Source: Candidatus Krumholzibacteriia bacterium (GTDB taxonomy: Bacteria > Krumholzibacteriota > Krumholzibacteriia > WVZY01). Taken from it: a stretch of DNA of 36,449 nt. This document shows positions 18,971 to 26,345 of the stretch, one piece after another. Below the pieces are notes generated by a model. It searched no databases and had not been told where the DNA came from. It saw only the letters and a list, made by a program, of their open reading frames with translations. The stretch is taken from NCBI GenBank assembly GCA_046754105.1, contig JBHHVD010000026.1, forward strand, positions 1-36,449, read 5' to 3'. The stretch's first letter is position 1, and each line of letters starts with the position of its first letter. Made by a program: the position numbers and the translations under genes.

Positions 18971-19870
18971 GTGATCCTGATGAGGACTCCCTATTACTTC
19001 TTCGTGGCGATGCGACCGCGGCAGTGGACGAAAAACCTCGTCCTGTTCGCGGGCCTGATTTTTTCGCAGAATATCACAAACGGTACGCTCCTCGTGAAGA
19101 GCGTGCAGGCGTTCTTGATTTTCTGCGCGCTGTCCGGTGTGATTTATCTCATCAACGACATCGCGGATGTTGAAAAATACAAACTCCACGCGGGCAAGAG
19201 AGGACGACCGCTCGCCGCGGGTCATCTGCGCGTGGGCCAGGTAGTGGTTTTCGCCGCGGCCATCGGGGTGGCCGCGTTGTTCTTCGCGTACCGCGTGGGT
19301 CCGAGTTTCTTCGCGGTGGCGACCGTGTTCTTCGGGTTGAACCTGTTCTATTCCTTCCTGCTGAAACGTGTCGTGCTGCTCGACGTGGTCAGTATCTCGT
19401 TGAGCTTTGTTCTGCGAGCCATCGGCGGCGTGGAGGCGCTGGTGGTCACGGACTCGACCATAGAGCTGTCGCCCTGGCTGTTGATATGTACGCTGTTCCT
19501 GTCGCTCTTTCTGGCGTTCTGCAAGAGGCGCTACGAACTACGGACCCTCGATGACGCGAGCGGTCACCGTGCAGCCCTGGCCGAGTATTCGCCGGTGCTC
19601 ATCGACCAACTGGTCAGCGTCTCATCGGCGGGGGCCGTGCTGTCCTACTCGATCTACACGATATGGCCCGATACCGTCTCACACTTCGGCACCACGCGGT
19701 TGATCTACACGATCCCGCTGGTCCTGATCGGCGTCATGCGCTATCTTTATCTGGTTTACAGTAAGGAAGAGGGAGGCAGTCCCTCGGAGATGCTGCTCAG
19801 CGACCGCTTTATCCTCATCGACGTGTTCGTGTGGATTCTGCTCGTGGTTGCGATATTCCACGTTTTCTAA
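18971..19870 (+). CDS. UbiA-family polyprenyl-phosphate 5-phosphoribosyltransferase (DPPR synthase-like)
   Basis: MRPRQWTKNL, YLINDIADVE, K.GRPLAAG, YSFLLKRVVLLDV, FVLRAIGG, KRRYE and RYLYL..GGSP motifs; multiple TM segments. Confidence 0.88.
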   Translation: MILMRTPYYFFVAMRPRQWTKNLVLFAGLIFSQNITNGTLLVKSVQAFLIFCALSGVIYLINDIADVEKYKLHAGKRGRPLAAGHLRVGQVVVFAAAIGVAALFFAYRVGPSFFAVATVFFGLNLFYSFLLKRVVLLDVVSISLSFVLRAIGGVEALVVTDSTIELSPWLLICTLFLSLFLAFCKRRYELRTLDDASGHRAALAEYSPVLIDQLVSVSSAGAVLSYSIYTIWPDTVSHFGTTRLIYTIPLVLIGVMRYLYLVYSKEEGGSPSEMLLSDRFILIDVFVWILLVVAIFHVF

Positions 19871-19907
19871 TATACTTCGGAGGTTCTAAGCGGCGTTGCT
19901 CCTGACG

Positions 19908-20144
19908 GCGCCCGTAAAGGCGGTGCCCCGACGGAGCGGAAATAGAAAGGCGCCGCAGGAGAACGCCGGTACGGAGCCGCCCGGAGCCGCGCGCCCGTAA
20001 AGGCGGTGCCCCGACGGAGCGGAAATAGAAAGGCGCCGCAGGAGAACGCCGGTACGGAGCCGCCCGGAGCCGCGCGCCCGTAAAGGCGGTGCCCCGACGG
20101 AGCGGTAAGAGAAAGGCGCCGCAGGAGAACGCCGGCACGGAGCC
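19908..20144. repeat. Tandem array of an 83-bp unit (two identical copies + one 71-bp partial copy)
   Basis: Unit GCGCCCGTAAAGGCGGTGCCCCGACGGAGCGGAAATAGAAAGGCGCCGCAGGAGAACGCCGGTACGGAGCCGCCCGGAGCCGC starts at 19908, 19991 and 20074; the third copy has 3 substitutions. Confidence 0.97.
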
Positions 20145-20231
20145 CGAAGAACCGGGCGCCCCAGGGAACTTCGGCACGAAGATTCCCGGGGGGCACGAAC
20201 GGAAAACTCCACCAGCAGGAGAACGCAGACC

Positions 20232-21368
20232 ATGGCATCTGTTGTGTCCGTCGTAAGGACCCGGCCGGAGACGATTCTGTCGGACTACAAGCGTGTAATG
20301 GAACTTGCCGGGTGGAAAAGCCACCTCACCGGCGAGCGCGAGTTGTTGCTCAAGCTCAACTTGTCGTGGACGAAGTATTTTCCCGCCTGCTCGAGCCAGC
20401 CGTGGCAACTCGAGGGGGTTCTCAAGACGCTGCTCGAGGATCGCTACAAGCCGGACCAGGTACTCCCGGTGGAGAACAAGACCGTTGTAACCGATCCGCT
20501 GAAGGGCGCTCGCAACAACCGCTGGCTTCCCGTGCTGCGCAACTACGGCTGCGCCTTCCATCCGCTTACCGAGGTCGAGTGGAAAGTCCACCGTTTCGAA
20601 TCCAAGCTGCTCAAGCTCAACCATATATTCCCGGAAGGCATAGAGATTCCCGCGATCTACCAGGGGCGGGACATTCTGCACCTGCCTACGGTCAAGACGC
20701 ACGGCCATTCGGTAACCACCGGCGCCATAAAGAACGCGTTTGGCGGTCTCCTCAAGGAGGTCCGGCACTACGCGCACAAGTACATCCACGAAGTGCTGGT
20801 CGATCTGCTCTACATGCAGCGGGAACTGCACCCGAACGTCTTCGCCGTCATGGACGGTACGGTGGCAGGCGACGGGGCGGGGCCGCGGACGATGTTTCCG
20901 AAAGTGCAGAACGTAATACTGGCCGGCGCCGATTCGGTGGCCATCGACGCGGTGGCGGCGAAGATGATGGGCTTCGAGCCGATGGACATTCCCTATATCC
21001 GCATGGCAACGGAGAGGGGGCTGGGCGAAGGGCGGATCGGGAAGATCGAGGTCGCGGGCGAGGACATCTCGCACGTCAACTTCGGATTCTCGACCCGGAA
21101 GAGCCTCGTTATCTGGGGAGACCAGATGCTGCGGCTGGGCCCGCTGCGCTTCTTGGAGCGGCTGCTGCTTCATTCACCGCTGGTAGTGTGGGCGCCCCTT
21201 GCCTCGAACGTCTACCACGATTACTTCTGGTATCCAACCGTCGGCCGCAGGAGGATCCAGGCTTTTGCGAAGACGCCCTGGGGCCGTCTGTTCGACAGCT
21301 ATTCCGACCCCGGCCAGCCGCCCCTGTCCGTCTACGGGAGCGGTGAGGAGCAAGCCAAGGCGACGTGA
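20232..21368 (+). CDS. DUF362 domain protein
   Basis: LLKLNL, LPTVKTH..SVTTGAIKNAFG, VMDGTVAGDGAGP and DSVAIDAVAAKMMGF..IPYI motifs; AGGAG RBS. Confidence 0.82.
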   Translation: MASVVSVVRTRPETILSDYKRVMELAGWKSHLTGERELLLKLNLSWTKYFPACSSQPWQLEGVLKTLLEDRYKPDQVLPVENKTVVTDPLKGARNNRWLPVLRNYGCAFHPLTEVEWKVHRFESKLLKLNHIFPEGIEIPAIYQGRDILHLPTVKTHGHSVTTGAIKNAFGGLLKEVRHYAHKYIHEVLVDLLYMQRELHPNVFAVMDGTVAGDGAGPRTMFPKVQNVILAGADSVAIDAVAAKMMGFEPMDIPYIRMATERGLGEGRIGKIEVAGEDISHVNFGFSTRKSLVIWGDQMLRLGPLRFLERLLLHSPLVVWAPLASNVYHDYFWYPTVGRRRIQAFAKTPWGRLFDSYSDPGQPPLSVYGSGEEQAKAT

Positions 21369-22255
21369 GCAGCCCCTACCCCCGCTACCGTGCCCGCGCA
21401 CGGGCCAAGGTCAACCTGGCGCTTGAGATCATCCGCAGGCGACGCGACGGCTACCACGAGCTGGAGACGATCCTGCAGAGCGTCAACCTCTACGATGAAT
21501 TGGAGTTGGAATTCGACCACAGCGGCCGGATCGACATCGACTGTTCGGACCCCGCCATCCCGACGGGCCCCGGCAGCCTCTGCTACCGCGCCGTCGCGAA
21601 AGTGGCCCGGTTCTGCGGCCGCGAGATCGGGGCGAAGATCCATATCGACAAACGGATACCCACCGGCGCCGGGTTGGGCGGGGGTAGCAGCGACGCGGCG
21701 GCCGTGCTCCTCGCCGCCGACCGCGCGCTGGGGCTCGGCGCGTCCGCGGCCGAGTTGGGAGATCTGGCCCTGGAATTGGGCAGCGATGTGCCCTTCATGC
21801 TCTGTGGCGGCACCATGTTGGGGCAGGGGCGGGGAGAGGTCCTGACCCCCCTCGAGCCCTTGCGGGCCGGGTATTTCCTGATCGTGAAGCCCCCGATCAG
21901 CATCTCCACGGCGGATGTGTACAAAAACGTTAATTTGACGTTGACAAGGCATCGCTATCGGATTAACCTGAAGGCGGTTAACTCGCTTTTGGCTCGCTTT
22001 CCTACTGCCACTTTCAGCTTTAGGAATGCATTGGAGGACATCGTATGTCCTTCCTACCCACAGGTCTCCGAAGCGCTCGGAGAATTGCTGGCAACGAGAC
22101 CGCGTCATGCAGCAATGAGTGGGAGCGGTTCAGCGCTTTTCGCTATCTACGAAAGCGAAGCGAAAGCAAAGAAACTCGCCGGAGAATTCTCGGTGCGGGG
22201 GTTCTTCACCGCCGTTGCGAAACCTAGTGCGCGCGCTGTCGACATACGCCCCTAG
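21365..22255 (+). CDS. ispE: 4-diphosphocytidyl-2-C-methyl-D-erythritol kinase
   Basis: AKVNLAL, DGYHELETI, KRIPTGAGLGGGSSDAA, LGSDVPF, GRGE and MSGSGS motifs. Confidence 0.96.
   Translation: MSSPYPRYRARARAKVNLALEIIRRRRDGYHELETILQSVNLYDELELEFDHSGRIDIDCSDPAIPTGPGSLCYRAVAKVARFCGREIGAKIHIDKRIPTGAGLGGGSSDAAAVLLAADRALGLGASAAELGDLALELGSDVPFMLCGGTMLGQGRGEVLTPLEPLRAGYFLIVKPPISISTADVYKNVNLTLTRHRYRINLKAVNSLLARFPTATFSFRNALEDIVCPSYPQVSEALGELLATRPRHAAMSGSGSALFAIYESEAKAKKLAGEFSVRGFFTAVAKPSARAVDIRP
21941..21969 (+). promoter_or_regulatory. Internal sigma70 promoter in ispE, probably for spoVG-tRNA-prs
   Basis: Perfect TTGACA(21941-21946)-17 bp-TAACCT(21964-21969) within a locally AT-enriched stretch. Confidence 0.65.
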
Positions 22256-22294
22256 GGCCCTTGCCGGCGTGGGCATTCAAAAGGGAGAAGCTTG

Positions 22295-22645
22295 ATGCTG
22301 ATCACCGAGGTGAGAATTTCCTTGCGCGATGACGCCAAACTGAAAGCTTTTGCAAGCATCACACTCGACGATTGCTTCGTGATCCGCGGTCTCAAGATCA
22401 TCAGCGGCCAATCCGGAACGTTTGTCGCGATGCCGAGTCGGAAGCGCAAGGATGGAGACTATCAAGACATTGCCCATCCCATCAATAACACGACGAGGAA
22501 GTGGATGGAGGATATCGTCCTCGAGAAATACCGTGAAGAGGTGGGCAAACAGGGAGGCGAATCAGAAAGGCGCGTGGCCGGCAGCGCCAGCACGATCGAA
22601 GCTCCGATTGAGGGACAAGCGCGACAAGAAAGCAGAGAATACTAG
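22295..22645 (+). CDS. spoVG: SpoVG family nucleic-acid-binding regulator
   Basis: [59 protein letters not shown]. Confidence 0.95.
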   Translation: MLITEVRISLRDDAKLKAFASITLDDCFVIRGLKIISGQSGTFVAMPSRKRKDGDYQDIAHPINNTTRKWMEDIVLEKYREEVGKQGGESERRVAGSASTIEAPIEGQARQESREY

Positions 22646-22659
22646 TACCCAAGGAATCT

Positions 22660-22734
22660 TGGGGCGTAGACAAGTGGCAAGTCACAGGTTTTTGGTACCT
22701 GCATTCGGAGGTTCGAATCCTCCCGCCCCAGCCA
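22660..22734 (+). tRNA. tRNA-Gln(TTG)
   Basis: Acceptor stem TGGGGCG/CGCCCCA + G-CCA; D-stem GAC/GTC; anticodon arm CAGGT-TT-TTG-GT-ACCTG; T arm GGAGG-TTCGAAT-CCTCC. Confidence 0.96.
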
Positions 22735-22798
22735 CCGATGCGACGACCGATAGGCACGCAAGCATTGCCGCCTATCCATTTTTTTTGGAGTGAAAAAA

Positions 22799-23728
22799 AT
22801 GAACGGCTTGAAGATCATTTCCGGTAGTTCGAACCGGAGCCTGGCTGAGAAAATAGCGGCTTACCTCGAGGTGGAACTCTGCGATGTGTTGCTCGACCGT
22901 TTCGGCGACGGCGAGATAAGGGCAAAAGTAAACGAGAATATCCGGGGCGTGGACGTTTTTATCGTTCAATCGACACAACCGCCCGCGGAGAACCTGATGG
23001 AACTGTTGATTCTCAACGACACATGTTTCCGCGCGTCGGCAGAGAGAATCACCAACGTGATTCCGTACTACGGATACGCGCGGCAGGATCGAAAGGATCA
23101 ACCTCGCGTGCCCATTACCGCCAAGCTCGTGGCGAAACTCGTAGACGCCTCCGAAGCAAATCGCGTGTTGACGATGGACCTGCACACGACCCAGATCCAG
23201 GGGTTCTTCGACCTGCAGGCGGATAACCTCTTTGCCTCTCCGGTGCTGCTCGAACATATCAAGGAGCAGAAAATCGGTAGTCCGGTAATCGTATGCCCGG
23301 ACGTTGGCAGTATCAAGATGGGGCGGGCGTTCGCCAAGCGCCTGGACGCCGACCTGGCCATCATTGATAAGCGGCGGTCCGACAAGGATAAGTCAGAAGT
23401 GATGAATCTGATTGGTGAGGTGGAGGGCCGGAACGTCGTGATACTGGACGATATGATCTCATCGGCCGGGACGTTGGTCGAGGCCGCGATCGAGATCGAT
23501 CGGCGGGGAGCACAGTCGATAATTGCATGCGCCACACACCCGGTCTTCGCCGGAGACGCGTGCGCACGCATCATGAATTCGCCCATAGACGCCGTTGTGG
23601 TGACGAACTCCATCCCGTTTGACACGACGCGCTGCGCCAAAGTGAAGGTCCTGGATGTATCCCCGATCCTTGGCGAGGCGATAAAACGTATTCATTCTAA
23701 CGAATCAGTCAGCACGTTATTCGTATGA
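22799..23728 (+). CDS. prs: Ribose-phosphate pyrophosphokinase
   Basis: FGDGE, ENIRGVDVF, PYYGYARQDRK, MDLH..QIQGFF, PDVGS, IIDKRR, DDMISSAGT, ATHPVF and SVSTLF. Confidence 0.97.
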   Translation: MNGLKIISGSSNRSLAEKIAAYLEVELCDVLLDRFGDGEIRAKVNENIRGVDVFIVQSTQPPAENLMELLILNDTCFRASAERITNVIPYYGYARQDRKDQPRVPITAKLVAKLVDASEANRVLTMDLHTTQIQGFFDLQADNLFASPVLLEHIKEQKIGSPVIVCPDVGSIKMGRAFAKRLDADLAIIDKRRSDKDKSEVMNLIGEVEGRNVVILDDMISSAGTLVEAAIEIDRRGAQSIIACATHPVFAGDACARIMNSPIDAVVVTNSIPFDTTRCAKVKVLDVSPILGEAIKRIHSNESVSTLFV

Positions 23729-23757
23729 CCCACGAGATAAAGAAAAGGTGATCAGTA

Positions 23758-24447
23758 ATGCAGACTCAGAAACTCGTTTCCGTATGCCGTGAGCCCATGG
23801 GAAAGGGAGCGGCGCGGAAGGTCCGTGCGGAAGGCCGGATACCGGCCGTCATCTACGGCCACGAAGACGAAAACGTGGCCATCTCGCTCAGCGAAAGGGA
23901 TTTGCGTAAGATACTGGTCTCGGGATGGGAGACCACGATCGTCGATCTTGGTATCGAGGGCAAGGTGACCAAGGAGTGTAACGCGATCATCAAGGAAGTC
24001 CAGCAGCACCCGGCGACCGGAAAGGTGCTGCATGTGGATTTTCAGTACATTCGCAAGGGCCAGAAGATCCGGCTCGACGTGCCGGTGGTGCTCAAGGGTG
24101 ACCCGCGCGGGGTCAAGGAAATGGGCGGAATCCTCGAGCACTCACGCGAACTCGCCATCCGCTGTATACCCCGCCACATCCCCGATTCGATCGAAATCGA
24201 GGTCACCGAGCTTGGGATCCAGGATTCGATCCACCTCAACGAGATCGTGGAAAGATACCCCGATATCGAGTTTCTCGACGATCCGGACACGACCCTGGCC
24301 ATCGTGGTTCCGCCGAAGGTAGAGGCCGAGCCGGTGGCCGAGGAAGAAGCGGAAGAGGCCATAGAGGAACCCGAGGTCATCGCCAAGGGCAAGGAAGAAA
24401 AGGCCGAAGGCGAGGGGCAGGACAAAGCGAAAGAGGGCGACGGCTAG
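23758..24447 (+). CDS. rplY: 50S ribosomal protein L25/Ctc (long form)
   Basis: GKGAARKVR..G.IPAVIYG, KEVQQHP...LHVDF, acidic tail; located between prs and pth. Confidence 0.95.
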   Translation: MQTQKLVSVCREPMGKGAARKVRAEGRIPAVIYGHEDENVAISLSERDLRKILVSGWETTIVDLGIEGKVTKECNAIIKEVQQHPATGKVLHVDFQYIRKGQKIRLDVPVVLKGDPRGVKEMGGILEHSRELAIRCIPRHIPDSIEIEVTELGIQDSIHLNEIVERYPDIEFLDDPDTTLAIVVPPKVEAEPVAEEEAEEAIEEPEVIAKGKEEKAEGEGQDKAKEGDG

Positions 24448-24480
24448 GCGTACCCCACGCATTCTCACGCTCGCAGGACA

Positions 24481-25056
24481 ATGCGCCCCACGATGACACT
24501 CTTCGGTCTGGGCAACCCCGGGCCGCGGTACCGCGGGACCCGGCACAATGCGGGTTTCCTAGTCCTCGACCGGTTGGCCGCCGAACACGGCCGCCGCTGG
24601 CGGTCCCCCTCGCGGCATTACCAGTTGGCGGAAGTAACACACCACGGCGCGCGGATGGTCCTCGTCAAGCCCGAGACGTACATGAACCTCTCCGGCACCG
24701 CGGTGCTGGAGCTCGCGCGGCACACTCCGTTTGAACGAGACAACTTGCTCATCGTCGCCGACGACATCAACCTGCCGCTGGGGCAACTGCGGTTGCGACG
24801 GCGGGGGGGCGACGGCGGGCACAACGGGCTCAAGTCAATCATTTCCGCCCTCGAAGATTCTGGATTCCCCCGGCTGCGTCTGGGTGTGGGACCGGTGCCC
24901 GGCGAAGTGGACGCGGCGGACTACGTGCTGGGGCGTTTCACGGCCGGGGAGGGGCCGGTAGTGGAGCGGCAGCTCACGCGGGCCGTGGAATGCATTTGGG
25001 ATATCGTCGGCAAGGGCTTCGATCACGCGATGAACGTCCATAACCCGGCCGATTGA
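24481..25056 (+). CDS. pth: Peptidyl-tRNA hydrolase
   Basis: GLGNPG.RY.GTRHNAGF, KPETYMNLSG, GGHNGLKSI, RLRLGVG and DYVLGRF. Confidence 0.96.
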   Translation: MRPTMTLFGLGNPGPRYRGTRHNAGFLVLDRLAAEHGRRWRSPSRHYQLAEVTHHGARMVLVKPETYMNLSGTAVLELARHTPFERDNLLIVADDINLPLGQLRLRRRGGDGGHNGLKSIISALEDSGFPRLRLGVGPVPGEVDAADYVLGRFTAGEGPVVERQLTRAVECIWDIVGKGFDHAMNVHNPAD

Positions 25057-25066
25057 GGCAAAGCGA

Positions 25067-25095
25067 TTGACCGTGCCTGCCCTTTCTGCTATATT
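25067..25095 (+). promoter_or_regulatory. Sigma70 promoter for the rpsF operon
   Basis: TTGACC(25067-25072)-17 bp-TATATT(25090-25095), with extended -10 TG at 25087-25088. Confidence 0.75.
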
Positions 25096-25185
25096 CCTTG
25101 GCGCCCGGTCACGGCGGCCGGGCCCGGGCGCCGATCGCGCCGCCAGCGGGCGGACGCGACGTCGCTGACATTTCATAGACCTTTC

Positions 25186-25240
25186 TACTCCCCGGCTCTC
25201 ACCCAGAGCGCCGGGAAGTCAAACGTCCAGAGGGAGGTGC
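25186..25240 (+). promoter_or_regulatory. Putative S6:S18 ribosomal-protein autoregulatory leader
   Basis: CTCCC(25188-92) can pair with the SD GGGAG(25232-36). Inner stem GCTCT/AGAGC is followed by CCG(25211-13), the architecture of the known S6:S18-binding leader. Confidence 0.6.
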
Positions 25241-25247
25241 TTTCTCG

Positions 25248-25613
25248 TTGAACAAGTATGAGTGTGCGGTGATCTATGCCCCAGGGCTCGGCACGGAAGT
25301 GCTCGAGGGCAGCGCCAGGAAGTACACGGACATTATCACTTCGCAGGGTGGCGCGTTCAAGGGGCTCGACGATTGGGGCAAGCGAGGGCTTGCCTACGAA
25401 ATCAAGTACCACAAGGAAGGCTTCTATCACTTCTACAAATTCGAGGGTAGCGGCAAGGTGATCGACGAACTCAACCGGCAGTTGCGGATCGACGAGAATG
25501 TCCTCCGTCACATGATCGTGAGGGACGAGGAAAAGGCAGCCTCGGGAAGAGGAGAGGCCGCGGCGGCGGCTGTTGCCGATACGCCCACCCCGGATGAGAA
25601 GGAGGAGTCTTGA
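25248..25613 (+). CDS. rpsF: 30S ribosomal protein S6 (TTG start)
   Basis: [20 protein letters not shown]...EGFY and [24 protein letters not shown]. Confidence 0.96.
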   Translation: MNKYECAVIYAPGLGTEVLEGSARKYTDIITSQGGAFKGLDDWGKRGLAYEIKYHKEGFYHFYKFEGSGKVIDELNRQLRIDENVLRHMIVRDEEKAASGRGEAAAAAVADTPTPDEKEES

Positions 25614-25861
25614 AGAGGCAAAAAGGAAAGAAGGACAAGCAAATACGGTCCCGGAGACCGTGCAAGTTCTGCAAAGACGATATCAATTACGTTGACTACA
25701 AGGACGAAAGGCGCTTGCGGCGGTTCATGACCGATCGCGGCAAGATCAGTCCGCGTCGGATCACGGGGACGTGCGCCAAGCACCAGCGCATCCTTGCGAT
25801 GGCGATAAAGCGCGCCCGGGTTATCGCGCTGGTGCCGTTCGTTCGCGAGTACTACCGCTAG
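25610..25861 (+). CDS. rpsR: 30S ribosomal protein S18 (TTG start, zinc-binding C+ form)
   Basis: [26 protein letters not shown] and AIKRAR..ALVPF. Confidence 0.96.
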   Translation: MKRQKGKKDKQIRSRRPCKFCKDDINYVDYKDERRLRRFMTDRGKISPRRITGTCAKHQRILAMAIKRARVIALVPFVREYYR

Positions 25862-25886
25862 CCACGCGTGATTCAAGGAGGTTGGT

Positions 25887-26330
25887 GTGGAAGTCATTCT
25901 GCTCAAGGCCGTTCCCCCGTTGGGAAGCCGCGGCGATACGGTCAAGGTAAAACCAGGATACGCGCGGAATTTCCTTTTTCCGCACAACTTCGCCATTCCG
26001 GCCAGCGAGTCCAATCGGCGAGTCTTTGCGGAAGAGGAGAAGGTACTGCACCGGCGAGACCGCAACGAGATGCGTGGCGCGCAGGAAAAGGCCGAGAAAC
26101 TGGCCGAGGTGTCATGCACTATCACGGTGCAGGTGGGCGACGAGGACAAGCTCTACGGCTCCGTGACCTCCGCCGATATCTCGAAGGAGCTGGCCGGTCA
26201 GGGATTCGAAGTCGACAAGCGCCAGATAATGCTCGAGGAACCGATCAGAAAGGTCGGAGTCTACAACGTTGATATCAAACTGCACCGCGAGGTCAGCGTT
26301 CCGATTAAGGTGTGGGTTGTCAAGCAGTAG
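25887..26330 (+). CDS. rplI: 50S ribosomal protein L9 (GTG start)
   Basis: VILL..V..LG..GD.VKVKPGYARNFLFP, KLYGSVT..DI and LHREV; AAGGAGG RBS. Confidence 0.96.
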   Translation: MEVILLKAVPPLGSRGDTVKVKPGYARNFLFPHNFAIPASESNRRVFAEEEKVLHRRDRNEMRGAQEKAEKLAEVSCTITVQVGDEDKLYGSVTSADISKELAGQGFEVDKRQIMLEEPIRKVGVYNVDIKLHREVSVPIKVWVVKQ

Positions 26331-26345
26331 CAGCGTGCGGGAGGC

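Noticed and set aside
19918..19990. Cobalamin riboswitch (GGTGCCCC...AAATAG resembles its 5' end)
   Set aside because: Lacks AGGGAA, the GGTG-AA-TCC T-loop arm and the GCCACTG B12 box; the downstream gene is not evidently B12-related. An Rfam scan would settle it.
19908..20144. CRISPR array
   Set aside because: Units are identical end to end with no unique spacers, and there are no cas genes in the window.
19867..20238. Minus-strand ORFs over the repeat (123 aa and 115 aa)
   Set aside because: The 83-bp period is not a multiple of 3, so the peptides are just frame-rotating translations of the repeat, antisense to the operon.
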